The position numbers and the translations under genes were made by a program. From positions 186,001 through 250,000 of the forward strand of contig NW_005201984.1 in NCBI RefSeq assembly GCF_000372725.1: a stretch of 64,000 nucleotides of DNA, read 5' to 3'. Shown one piece after another: positions 37,697 through 49,432 of this stretch (the stretch's first letter is position 1; each line of letters opens with the position of its first letter). Source of the stretch: Emiliania huxleyi CCMP1516 (Eukaryota). The notes under the pieces were generated by a model, which saw nothing but the letters and a program-made list of their open reading frames with translations, did not search any database and had not been told where the DNA came from.

Positions 37697-38339
37697 CGGA
37701 GAGAGGCGGCGTGTGCTGCTGAGAGGTGTCCGACCTCTTATTCGCCTATTTCTCGGGCTTTTGCGTGTTTTCTTGTGTGGAGAGGCGGAGCGAGGCTCCG
37801 CTCGAGTGTTGCCCAGTGTGGCGTGTGCCGAGAGCTGAGCCCTGAAAGAGAGAGAGAGGAACACCCGGGGGGGGCGGCGGACGGGGGGGGGTTCGGTATA
37901 TACGGTAGAGTATCGCTATCTCGGAAAACCTAAACGACGGTAACGTGAGCCGCGAGGAAATCCACTAAATGTAAATCAGCCGTCATGTCACTTCTATCAC
38001 TTGACGCACTTCTCGCTCGGGGGGATCGGATAGATCTCCCAGGCTTCACCGTTCACGCCGTGACGCAGGGTCTCACATCGGTGGACGGTGCATCATACGA
38101 GATACGTCGCGGCAACGCAGCGTGGAACGCAAGCCAACGTCTGGGCGTCGCGCCGCGCTTCCGTCAGGCGTGTGGACGCACCGTCGTAGTCAGGCGCGGT
38201 CGTGGACGCACCAGTCGTAGAACTTGAGGGCGTGTCCGGGCCGCATGCCTGCGTTGCGAGTGCGACAGGGTAGGGTGGGAGTAAACCACCCGTTGTCGTC
38301 TCGAGTGCTTGCTGCAAGACACGGGTGTGTACTTCGAAT

Positions 38340-39067
38340 CTAGGGCCGCGTGCCGAGCGTCTCCTTTGCGATGGCGAGCACCTGTTCACAGAGCCGTGAA
38401 GTCGCGCGTCTGCCTTGCGACGGAGACCACCTCCTCGCGCGGCCACACCTCGGCTATACCTCGGACACACCTCGGACATACCTGTCTCGGCTGGATCTCG
38501 GCTGGATCTCGGCTAGGTCTCAGAAGGCCGCCTCCTCGCGCGGCATCGTCTTGAGGAAGTGCAGGTCGTCGAAGCCCTCGGCGAGGCAGCGCTCCAGGTA
38601 CGCCTCGAGCCCGTGCTGCGTGAGCTTGGCGCGCAGCTCGCCGATGTGGTCGCGGGCGACGAACGGCAAACCGCCTCCGCCTCCGCCTCCATCCCCTCCT
38701 CCTCCCCAGCCTCCGGCAACGGGCGACGCACCGGCATCTGCGGCGGCGGTTGTCGCGATCGCGGCCGCCGGCGCCGGGAGCGCCAGTGGCGTCGCCTTGT
38801 GCTTAGTACGCGGCACGGTCCTCGCGTGCTGCTTCAGCCTCGCCTCTCCGAGGGCGACGACGCCGCCGCTCTGCCCGACCCGCATCCTTTTCCACCGCTG
38901 CTGGCACGCGATTTCAGTGCGGCCGGACCTCTCCGCAAACGGGCCCCACTTGACTGGCGCACCGCCGCTCGCCGCCGCGTGCTGCACCAGCGCCTCCTCC
39001 TCCTCCTCGCTCCACGGGCGGCGGTGCGATGGCGGGCGGGCGCGCTTCCGCGAGCCCTCCTCGCCGC

Positions 39068-39098
<31 letters not shown>

Positions 39099-39409
39099 CT
39101 CCTCGCCGCCGCCCGCGTCGCGGCTGCGCTTCGCGCCCGCGCGCGGCGGCTCGTGCGTGAGCTGGAGCCGCTGCTCCACCCGCCGCCACTCGCCGCCCTC
39201 GTCGGCGCGCGAGAACCACTCGAGCCACTCCTCGTCGGGCTCGCCTGAGACATGGGGAGATATGGGGAGATATGGGGAGATACGGGGAGATACTCGAGCC
39301 ACTCCTCGTCTGGCTCGCCTGCAGGGGAGGGCTCCGAGGCGGTGGATTGCGAGAGGGGAGAGAGGGCACACGCCGTGGGCGCCGGTGGCCACCAGTCGAG
39401 TGAGGGGAA

Positions 39410-39451
<42 letters not shown>

Positions 39452-42140
39452 CCACTCTCCTCCCGGTGTGTGAGGGGAACCTCCCACTCTCCTCCCGGTG
39501 TGACTCTCCCCCCCCCCGCCCCTCTCCCTCCTCCCCCCTCCCCCCTCTCGAGACTCACCCGACGGCAGGTGCACGCACACGAGGAAGCGGCCGTCGGCGA
39601 GGTGCGAGCGCACGTCCGCCCTCCGCCACTCCTGCCCACCCCCCGCCGCCTCCACCTCCACCTCCACCTCGCTGCCGAGGAGCGGAGGCTTCCACCGCTC
39701 GCCCGTCCGCTTGGCGTCGGCCCGCTGCAGCAGCACCTGTCGTGGACGTGTCGCGGACGTGTCGCGGACGTGTCGCGGCTCGCGCCGGCCCGCTGCGGCA
39801 GCACCTCGTGCAGCGAGCCCATCGAGCGGCACGCGCCTGCAGCAAGGCACCGGGAGACGCTTCACGGAAGGATCCGCCCCAGACCCCCCCACCCCCCCGC
39901 GCAGCCAAATCGAGCGGCGCCTCCGTGGTTGCAGTTGACGGTCGCCTCGCCCGGCTCGTACACGTACAGGTCCCCGAACCCGTGGGACTTGTCGCCGCGC
40001 TGCTTGTAGAGGATCCGCCAGCCGGCGACCTCGAGGTCGACGTTCTGCTTCGCCTTCTTGACGCGCTGCGCCGCCTCGAAGACCGCCACCGCCTCGGCGT
40101 CCGACCTGAGCTCCTCGGCGAGTGCGGCGACGTGGAGCGGCCTCGCGTGCTTGGTCGCGCTCACGAGCGTGCCCGACCGCCTGCTCGCAGCTACAGGGGT
40201 GGAGGGGCGCGGCTCACGTGCGACGGCGTCCGCAGCCTCCCTTTGCGCCGAGCGATTGCCTCGAGAAGCTCGTTCTCCTCGAGGTCCTCGCCGTCCCCTG
40301 GTGCGGCACGGCTCGCAGCTGAAAGCACGCCGCCCACAGCCTCTCAGTCCTCGCCGCCGCCTCGTCTGATCTCGGCCAATCTCGGCTAATCTCGCCGTCG
40401 TCGTGCTCGATCCGCCACAGCGCGGGCTCGTCCTCCGCCTGCCGTGATTATTATTATTATTATTATTACACAGCGCGGGCTCGTCCTCCGCCTGCCGTGA
40501 CACGACTCGCGCGGTCTTCCAACCCCCCCCCCCCCATCTCGGCCCATCTCGGCTGCTCTCGCCTCGCCCGGCGGCAGGTAGAGCCGCACCACCGCGCCGA
40601 TGTCCCCATGCCCTTCGAGGCGCCGCAGCAGCCGCTGGCCGACGTGAGGCCCTCCGCTGAGCCAGCCCTCTGCCCCGGCGGCACCTGCCGCCGGCCCGGC
40701 AGGCACGCCCGTCCGGGGAAGCACGAGCCCCGAGGCGGAGGAGCGCACGCGCAGCTTGCGGTTCTCCGCCGCCGAGCTCGGGGAGGCAGCCGCCGCGCCT
40801 GGCCGCTGCTCGGGCGGGGTCCAAGCCGACACCTGCAGGCGGAAAGTGGTTCCGAGAGGGTCAGGGAGGGTTCCGAGAGGGTTGAGGGAGGGCTCAGGGA
40901 GGGCTCCGGGAGACGGGGGCAAGGCCGACACCTGGCTGGCGAAGAGGAAGGTGGTGGCGGTGGAGGGCGCCTACACTGGCGCGGCGCGGCGCTCAGCGAG
41001 GGGCTGCCGTCGAGAGGGAGCACGCCTCGAGAGACCAAGGTGGGCCGAAAGCTGGGTGAAAGGCTCTCCCGCCTCGGTGCCGACGAACTTGACGTGGAGC
41101 GGCACGCCAGAGGAGCGGACACCGAGCAGCACCGCCTTGAAGCGCCTCCGCTCGCCGGCGTGCGGGGCCGTCGCGACGCAAAACCCGCCCACCTCCACCC
41201 CCTCGGGCAGCGGCTCCTCCTCCTCCTCCTCCTCCTCCTCCTCCTCCTCCTCCTCCTCCTCCTCCTCCTCCTCCTCCTCCTCCTCCTCCTCCTCCTCCTC
41301 CTCCTCCTCCTCCTCCTCCTCCTCCTTTCTCTCCTCTTCCTCCTCCTCCCCTGCGGCCGCGGCGGGCGCCGACGCGGCCTGTGCAGGCGGCGGCGCAGGC
41401 GGGAGAGTCGCCTCGAGTGCGAGCACCTCAGCAACAGCGCGAGCAAAGGGCGCGCGAAGGTGGCTCCATTTTGGCCGTCCAAAGTCCTTGCCCCAGCGCT
41501 TGGCGTCGAAGAGGCGCTCGTCCTCGCGGAGCGGCTTGATGCAACTCGCTCGCTCGAGCGTCGCCACGTCGCCCGTGCCGCAAAAGCGCACCCGCACCGA
41601 GTCGCCCTCCTCCTCTGCGCGGATGACTGCGGGCCACCAAGGCGAGCCGCGTACCTTGGCCCAGCACGGGAAGCCGACGGTCGGGACTGGCGGCGCGGAG
41701 AAGACGGTCAAGACGGGCGGCGCGGAGAAGACGGGGAGGGCTTCCTCCGCGGCCGGCCGACTTCGCTGCGCCATCTCGGTTTCGGCAGGCACTGCCTCCC
41801 TCGACACAGCCTCCGCCTCCGCCTCCGCCGCCGCCGCCGCCGCCGCCGCCGCCTTTGCTGACGCCGCCGCCCTCGCCGCTGCAAGCGCTTTCTCAGCCTC
41901 CGCCAATCTCTGCGCTGCAGCGTTAGCCGCCGCCCTCAGCTCCTCCAGCGGCTCCTCCGGCTTGGGACTCTCCCCGTCACTCTCGACCTGTGCCTCGACC
42001 TCGCTCTCGCTACCCTCCGCCTCTGCCTCCTCCTCGCTCTCCACCTCCGCCTCCGCCTCCTCCTCGCTCTCCACCTCCTCATCCTGCGGCGCCGACTCCG
42101 CGGGCATCGCCGACTCCGCGGGCATCGCAAGCATGTCCAT
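38340..42140 (-). CDS. Multidomain chromatin protein: PWWP, poly-Glu, Tudor-like, MBD-like, Myb/SANT, SAM-like (multi-exon; 3' end approximate)
   Basis: PWWP 'CWAKVRGSPWWPAVI...VRVRFCGTG'; Tudor-like 'VGQRLLRRLEGHG...LWRIEHDDG/DGEDLEENEL'; MBD-like 'AGWRILYKQRGDKSHGFGDLYVYEP'; Myb 'RPWSEEEEEAL...KW...GRTEIACQQRW'; SAM-like 'LTQHGLEAYLERCLAEGFDDLHFL'. Confidence 0.75.
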
Positions 42141-43040
42141 TTGGCGGGTACTTTTTCTTTTTTTCTAATGCCAAAGCGTTAGTCAGTGTTACACACGTCC
42201 TAGCATGGACGACGGGGCACACGCACTCCAAAGCTAGAGGATTTCTTTTTCTCCTGACGGGAGAAATGTTCTTGTTGTCTCTGTAACGATGGGCCCGCCG
42301 CTCCGCATACGTACGCCGGCGATGACCGGCAGAGCGACAGCGCGAGCACCGGGCAGAGAAGGACGCTGCAAAAGCGGTTGGAGAGGCAGCCCGCAGCCAC
42401 ACGAGTTGACCAAGATGCCCGGGGGGGGGGGTGGGGGGGGGCGCAAGCCCTCCCCACCACTGCTACTTTTGTACTTACTGCTGCAACTCAACAGTGGTCG
42501 CAGGCGAGCGACGCAAAGGGCAGGGAGGCCGCCTCGAACGCTCCCCCGGCCCAGACAGAGGCATCACAATCATGCTCTGGCCAGCGTCTGGTGGGTCGGC
42601 ATTGATTGATTGCGCCGCAACACACGCCGCAATCAGCCTGAGAGCACATGATGGGGCGGGCGCGGGTGGACGAGGGCGGAGCCGAGTTGGGAGAGGGAGC
42701 GTCACGCACGTACGTGCAGCGGTGCCGAGGGTGGGTTGATGGCACCGCCTGCGACCGCCCGGGCGATGACGGACGGACTGCGCAGGCAGGTATATATATG
42801 GTTTGTTCATGTATGTCCTTACTTATCCGCCCGCTGCCGCTTGCTTGGCTGCATGCAGCAGCCATCCCCGGAAGAAAGATGATGTGCCCGACCTCGACGT
42901 TTTCTGATCCTGCCCGACCCCTCACGCCGCCGAATCTGTGATGCCCGCAACATGCGTCCGTACACACCGACAACTGAGCGGGAGCCGAAACCCAAACACC
43001 AAAACGACTTCGTGGTCCGAGCGCGTGACAGGATTCTCCA

Positions 43041-46000
43041 ATGCTGCTCCTGCCCCTACTCTCCTTCTTCTGGCCTCGAGCGCATGCTTCCGGGGAGTGT
43101 GCGTGCGGCAACGTGGTTGTTGGCGGCGCGGAGTCTTCGCGCCCGGACCAAATGGGTGTGTACACGGAGCTTGGCGTGCAGACGCCAGACGGGCGGTCGG
43201 TCTACCAGCACGCCGGCGGCGCCTACCTCTACTACATCACAGCCTTCGGATCCTGGGCAGTCGGAGCGGACTACGCGGACAGCAGCGCGACGCCGTACCT
43301 GTACAGCGTCAGCAGCGCCCCCTGCCCGACGGCGACGACGGGGTGGATAGACACCACTTCAGGCCCTGTCGGCCTCGCATTGGCATGCCCTTCCCCGCCG
43401 CCCTCACCTCCGCCTCCCAGCCCGCCTCCGCCCTCGCCGCCGCCCCCCGTGTCGCCCGCTCCGGTGTGCGACTGCGACACTCCGGTGGTCAGCGGCGCAG
43501 AGGCAGACCACTCGAGCCGCATGGGCGTCTATGCCGCCACCGGCATGCAGACGCCAGACGGGCGGTCGGTCTACCAGCACGCCGGCGGCGCCTACCTCTA
43601 CTACATCGCAGCCTTCGGATCCTGGGCAGTCGGAGCGGACTACGCGGACAGCAGCGCGACGCCGTACCTGTTCAGCGTCAGCAGCGCCCCCTGCCCGACG
43701 GCGACGACGGGGTGGATAGACACCACTTCAGGCCCTGTCGGCCTCGCATTGGCATGCCCTTCCCCGCCGCCCTCACCGCCGCCACCCTCTCCGCCGCCGC
43801 CTTTACCGCCGCCGCCCTCGCCTCCACCACCGCCGCCTCCGTCGCCACCTCCCTCACTGCCGCCGCCCTCTCCGCCGCCGCCGCCGCTGCAACCATACAC
43901 GTGCGTCAATCTCGCCTCGGAGGGCCGCGTGAACATGGACGACCCGAACAACGCTTGCGGCGCGGCGGACATTTCGGATTACACCACGGTCGATGGCGAG
44001 TCCTTCACCGAGAAGAAGTGCAATCGGATCGACGACACCCTTCCGGGCCTCAGGGACATCTGCTTCTCCGGTGGGCTGTCGTGCGACGACTACTACTATA
44101 TTGACAGAAATGGCGCGTACCGCGTGTGCTATTGGAAGGACCAGGCACAGGGCAAGTGCTCGCAATACGGGGCCCTCGTCTGCAATCCGCCTTCGCCGCC
44201 TCCGTCGCCGCCACCCCCAAGCCCGCCACCGCCCTCGCCGCCGCCACCCTCGCCGCCACCATCGCCTCCACCCTCGCCGCCGCCTCCCTCGCCCCCGCCG
44301 CCCTCGCCGCCGCCGCCCTCGCCACCACCCCCTTCGCCACCACCATCGCCTCCTCCGCCCTCGCCCCCTCCACTTTCACCACCACCGCCATCGCCGCCTC
44401 CTCCGTCGCCGCCACCCTCGCCACCACCACCATCGCCACCGCCGCCCTCGCCACCTCCCTTACCGCCGCCGCCCTCTCCGCCGCCGCCTTTGCCCTTACC
44501 GCCGCCGCCCTCACCTCCGCCACCAAGCTCACCACCACCGAGCCCGCCACCGCCCTCGTCGCCACCGCCCAGCCCGCCTCCGCCGCCCTCGCCACCACCT
44601 CCAAGCCCGCCCCCGCCGAGCCCGCCTCTGCCCTCGCCTCCGCCCCCCGTGTCGCCCGCTCCGGTGTGCGACTGCGACACTCCGGTGGTCAGCGGCGCAG
44701 AGGCAGACCACTCGAGCCGCATGGGCGTCTACGCCGCCACCGGCATGCAGACGCCAGACGGGCGGTCGGTCTACCAGCACGCCGGCGGCGCCTACCTCTA
44801 CTACATCGCAGCCTTCGGATCCTGGGCAGTCGGAGCGGACTACGCGGACAGCAGCGCGACGCCGTACCTGTTCAGCGTCAGCAGCGCCCCCTGCCCGACG
44901 GCGACGACGGGGTGGATAGACACCGCTTCAGGCCCTGTCGGCCTCGCATTGGCATGCCCTTCCCCGCCGCCCTCGCCTCCACCACCCTCGCCCCCGCCGC
45001 CCTCGCCGCCTCCGCCCTCGCCTCCGCCGCTGCCTCCGTCGCCGCCGCCTCCGTCGCCGCCCCCACCCTCGCCGCCTCCGCCCTCACCGCCTCCGCCCAG
45101 TCCGCCGCCGCCCTCGCCGCCGCCTCCAAGCCCACCGCCGCCCTCGCCCCCGCCGCCCTCGCCTCCGCCGCCGAACCCGCCACCTCCCAGCCCGCCGCCG
45201 CCGGGCCCGCCGCCTCCGCTGCCGCCGCCGCCCTCGCCACCACCGCCAGCGTCACCGCCGCCAGCGCTGCCACCACCCGCGCCACCACCACCATCGCTGC
45301 CCCCGCCGAGCCCACCGCCCCCTTCGCTGCCTCCGCCGAGCTCACCGCCTCCCTCACCCCCGCCACCCTCACCGCCACCGCCGACCTGGCCGCCACCAAC
45401 CTTGCCGCCACCATTGCCACCACCACCCACGTCTCCGCCACCCTCACACCCGCCGCCCTCGCCCCCACCGCCAAGCCCCCCGCCACCGAGCTCACCGCAG
45501 CCCTCGCCACCACCGCCCTCGCCGCCTCCCTCGCCGCCGCCTCCGTCGCCGCCCCCACCCTCACCTCCGCCGCCCTCACCGCCCCCACCCTCGCCACCAC
45601 CGCCCGGCCCGCCTCCGCCCTCGCCGCCGCCTCCAAGCCCGTCACCTCCATCGCCGCCTCCGCCCTCGCCGCCGCCTCCGAGCCCGCCCCCACCCTCGCC
45701 GCCGCCTCCCAACCCACCGCCGCCCTCGCCACCACCGCCCAGTCCCCCGTCGCCCTCGCCTCCGCCACCCAGCCCGCCCCCGCCGAGCCCACCTCCGCCC
45801 TCGCCGACGCCTCCGAGCCCGCCGCCGCCCTCGCCACCGCCACCCTCGCCCTTGCCGCCGCCTCCGAGCCCGCCGCCGCCCTCGCCACCACCGCCCTCGC
45901 CACCGCCACCAAGCCTACCGCCGCCCTCACCTCCGCCTCCCAACCCACCGCCGCCCTCGCCACCACCGCCCAGTCCCCCGTCGCCCTCGCCGCCGCCTCC

Positions 46001-46613
46001 AAGCCCGCCCCCGCCGAGCCCGCCTCCGCCCTCGCCGCCGCCCCCCGTGTCGCCCGCTCCGGTGTGCGACTGCGACACTCCGGTGGTCAGCGGCGCAGAG
46101 GCAGACCACTCGAGCCGCATGGGCGTCTACGCCGCCACCGGCATGCAGACGCCAGACGGGCGGTCGGTCTACCAGCACGCCGGCGGCGCCTACCTCTACT
46201 ACATCGCAGCCTTCGGATCCTGGGCAGTCGGAGCGGACTACGCGGACAGCAGCGCGACGCCGTACCTGTTCAGCGTCAGCAGCGCCCCCTGCCCGACGGC
46301 GACGACGGGGTGGATAGACACCACTTCAGGCCCTGCCGGCCTCGCACTGGCATGCCCTTCCCCGCCGCCCTCACCGCCGCCACCCTCGCCGCCACCGCCC
46401 TCGCCGCCACCGCCCTCGCCTCCACCGCCGCCTCCGTCGCCGCCCCCTCCGTCGCCGCCCCCACCCTCGCCTCCGCCGCCCTCGCCGCCACCGCCCAGTC
46501 CGCCTCCGCCCTCGCCTCCGCCACCGAGTCCGCCACCGCCGAGTCCACCGCCGCCCTCGCCGCCGCCGCCAAGACCGCCGATGCCCTCGCTATCACACTC
46601 CTTGACTGGGTAA
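43041..46613 (+). CDS. Secreted extensin-like (SPPPP) protein with 4 Cys-containing ~97-aa domains, copy 1
   Basis: Signal-peptide-like MLLLPLLSFFWPRAHA; repeated domain CDCDTPVVSG...GVY...DGRSVYQH...YLYY...SWAVG...APCP...GW...LAC; one unique Cys-rich module at 43897-44185. Ends close to a gap. Confidence 0.75.
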   Translation: MLLLPLLSFFWPRAHASGECACGNVVVGGAESSRPDQMGVYTELGVQTPDGRSVYQHAGGAYLYYITAFGSWAVGADYADSSATPYLYSVSSAPCPTATTGWIDTTSGPVGLALACPSPPPSPPPPSPPPPSPPPPVSPAPVCDCDTPVVSGAEADHSSRMGVYAATGMQTPDGRSVYQHAGGAYLYYIAAFGSWAVGADYADSSATPYLFSVSSAPCPTATTGWIDTTSGPVGLALACPSPPPSPPPPSPPPPLPPPPSPPPPPPPSPPPSLPPPSPPPPPLQPYTCVNLASEGRVNMDDPNNACGAADISDYTTVDGESFTEKKCNRIDDTLPGLRDICFSGGLSCDDYYYIDRNGAYRVCYWKDQAQGKCSQYGALVCNPPSPPPSPPPPSPPPPSPPPPSPPPSPPPSPPPPSPPPPSPPPPSPPPPSPPPSPPPPSPPPLSPPPPSPPPPSPPPSPPPPSPPPPSPPPLPPPPSPPPPLPLPPPPSPPPPSSPPPSPPPPSSPPPSPPPPPSPPPPSPPPPSPPLPSPPPPVSPAPVCDCDTPVVSGAEADHSSRMGVYAATGMQTPDGRSVYQHAGGAYLYYIAAFGSWAVGADYADSSATPYLFSVSSAPCPTATTGWIDTASGPVGLALACPSPPPSPPPPSPPPPSPPPPSPPPLPPSPPPPSPPPPSPPPPSPPPPSPPPPSPPPPSPPPPSPPPPSPPPPNPPPPSPPPPGPPPPLPPPPSPPPPASPPPALPPPAPPPPSLPPPSPPPPSLPPPSSPPPSPPPPSPPPPTWPPPTLPPPLPPPPTSPPPSHPPPSPPPPSPPPPSSPQPSPPPPSPPPSPPPPSPPPPSPPPPSPPPPSPPPPGPPPPSPPPPSPSPPSPPPPSPPPPSPPPPSPPPPNPPPPSPPPPSPPSPSPPPPSPPPPSPPPPSPTPPSPPPPSPPPPSPLPPPPSPPPPSPPPPSPPPPSLPPPSPPPPNPPPPSPPPPSPPSPSPPPPSPPPPSPPPPSPPPPVSPAPVCDCDTPVVSGAEADHSSRMGVYAATGMQTPDGRSVYQHAGGAYLYYIAAFGSWAVGADYADSSATPYLFSVSSAPCPTATTGWIDTTSGPAGLALACPSPPPSPPPPSPPPPSPPPPSPPPPPPSPPPPSPPPPSPPPPSPPPPSPPPPSPPPPSPPPPSPPPPSPPPPRPPMPSLSHSLTG

Positions 46614-47110
46614 AATGATCACGTGCCTCAACTGTATCGCCTAGCGAGTCATCGGCCTATAGTGATTGGGTGTTATCTCTNNNNNNNNNNNNNNNNNNNN
46701 NNNNNNNNNNNNNNNNNNNNNNNNNNNNNNNNNNNNNNNNNNNNNNNNNNNNNNNNNNNNNNNNNNNNNNNNNNNNNNNNGCGTCACGCACGTACGTGCA
46801 GCGGTGCCGAGGGTGGGTTGATGGCACCGCCTGCGACCGCCCAGGCGATGACGGACGGACTGCGCAGGCAGGTATATGGTTTGTTCATGTCCTTATCCGC
46901 CCGCTGCCGCTTGCTTGGCTGCATGCAGCAGCCATCCCCGGAAGAAAGATGATGTGCCCGACCTCGACGTTTTCTGATCCTGCCCGACCCCTCACGCCGC
47001 CGAATCTGTGATGCCCGCAACATGCGTCCGTACACACCGACAACTGAGCGGGAGCCGAAACCCAAACACCAAAACGACTTCGTGGTCCGAGCGCGTGACA
47101 GGATTCTCCA

Positions 47111-49108
47111 ATGCTGCTCCTGCCCCTACTCTCCTTCTTCTGGCCTCGAGCGCATGCTTCCGGGGAGTGTGCGTGCGGCAACGTGGTTGTTGGCGGCGCG
47201 GAGTCTTCGCGCCCGGACCAAATGGGTGTGTACACGGAGCTTGGCGTGCAGACGCCAGACGGGCGGTCGGTCTACCAGCACGCCGGCGGCGCCTACCTCT
47301 ACTACATCGCAGCCTTCGGATCCTGGGCAGTCGGAGCGGACTACGCGGACAGCAGCGCGACGCCGTACCTGTACAGCGTCAGTAGCGCCCCCTGCCCGAC
47401 GGCGACGACGGGGTGGATAGACACCACTTCAGGCCCTGTCGGCCTCGCATTGGCATGCCCTTCCCCGCCGCCCTCACCTCCGCCTCCCAGCCCGCCCCCG
47501 CAATCGCCTCCNNNNNNNNNNNNNNNNNNNNNNNNNNNNNNNNNNNNNNNNNNNNNNNNNNNNNNNNNNNNNNNNNNNNNNNNNNNNNNNNNNNNNNNNN
47601 NNNNNNNNNNNNNNNNNNNNNNNNNNNNNNNNNNNNNNNNNNNNNNNNNNNNNNNNNNNNNNNNNNNNNNNNNNNNNNNNNNNNNNNNNNNNNNNNNNNN
47701 NNNNNNNNNNNNNNNNNNNNNNNNNNNNNNNNNNNNNNNNNNNCCGCCCCCACCCTCGCCGCCTCCGCCCTCACCGCCTCCGCCCAGTCCGCCGCCGCCC
47801 TCGCCGCCGCCTCCAAGCCCACCGACGCCGTCGCCCCCGCCGCCCTCGCCTCCGCCGCCGAACCCGCCACCTCCCAGCCCGCCTCCGCCCTCGCCGCCGC
47901 CCCCCGTGTCGCCCGCTCCGGTGTGCGACTGCGACACTCCGGTGGTCAGCGGCGCAGAGGCAGACCACTCGAGCCGCATGGGCGTCTACGCCGCCACCGG
48001 CATGCAGACGCCAGACGGGCGGTCGGTCTACCAGCACGCCGGCGGCGCCTACCTCTACTACATCGCAGCCTTCGGATCCTGGGCAGTCGGAGCGGACTAC
48101 GCGGACAGCAGCGCGACGCCGTACCTGTACAGCGTCAGTAGCGCCCCCTGCCCGACGGCGACGACGGGGTGGATAGACACCACTTCAGGCCCTGTCGGCC
48201 TCGCATTGGCATGCCCTTCCCCGCCGCCCTCACCTCCGCCTGCCAGCCCGCCTCCGCCCTCGCCGCCGCCCCCCGTGTCGCCCGCTCCGGTGTGCGACTG
48301 CGACACTCCGGTGGTCAGCGGCGCAGAGGCAGACCACTCGAGCCGCATGGGCGTCTACGCCGCCACCGGCATGCAGACGCCAGACGGGCGGTCGGTCTAC
48401 CAGCACGCCGGCGGCGCCTACCTCTACTACATCGCAGCCTTCGGATCCTGGGCAGTCGGAGCGGACTACGCGGACAGCAGCGCGACGCCGTACCTGTTCA
48501 GCGTCAGCAGCGCCCCCTGCCCGACGGCGACGACGGGGTGGATAGACACCACTTCAGGCCCTGTCGGCCTCGCATTGGCATGCCCTTCCCCGCCGCCCTC
48601 ACCTCCGCCTCCCAGCCCGCCTCCGCCCTCGCCGCCGCCCCCCGTGTCGCCCGCTCCGGTGTGCGACTGCGACACTCCGGTGGTCAGCGGCGCAGAGGCA
48701 GACCACTCGAGCCGCATGGGCGTCTACGCCGCCACCGGCATGCAGACGCCAGACGGGCGGTCGGTCTACCAGGACGCCGGCGGCGCCTACCTCTACTACA
48801 TCGCAGCCTTCGGATCCTGGGCAGTCGGAGCGGACTACGCGGACAGCAGCGCGACGCCGTACCTGTTCAGCGTCAGCAGCGCCCCCTGCCCGACGGCGAC
48901 GACGGGGTGGATAGACACCGCTTCAGGCCCTGTCGGCCTCGCATTGGCATGCCCTTCCCCGCCGCCCTCACCGTCGCCACCCTCTCCCTCGCCGCCTTTA
49001 CCGTCGCCGCCATCGCCTTCACCACCGCCGCCTTCGTCGCCACCTCCCTCACCGCCGCCTCCGAGCCCGCCGCCGCCCTCGCCATCGCCGCCCTCGCCAT
49101 CGCCGCCG
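47111..49108 (+). CDS. Extensin-like repeat protein, copy 2 (partial, interrupted by gaps)
   Basis: Same upstream region and N-terminus as copies 1 and 3; four domain copies; N gaps at 47512-47743 and from 49109. Confidence 0.6.
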
Positions 49109-49432
49109 NNNNNNNNNNNNNNNNNNNNNNNNNNNNNNNNNNNNNNNNNNNNNNNNNNNNNNNNNNNNNNNNNNNNNNNNNNNNNNNNNNNNNNNNNNNN
49201 NNNNNNNNCCTTACTTATCCGCCCGCTGCCGCTTGCTTGGCTGCATGCAGCAGCCATCCCCGGAAGAAAGATGATGTGCCCGACCTCGACGTTTTCTGAT
49301 CCTGCCCGACCCCTCACGCCGCCGAATCTGTGATGCCCGCAACATGCGTCCGTACACACCGACAACTGAGCGGGAGCCGAAACCCAAACACCAAAACGAC
49401 TTCGTGGTCCGAGCGCGTGACAGGATTCTCCA

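Noticed and set aside
37985..38275. Small ORF MSLLSLDALLARGDRIDLPG…
   Set aside because: No recognisable domain; the frame is broken by a short duplication.
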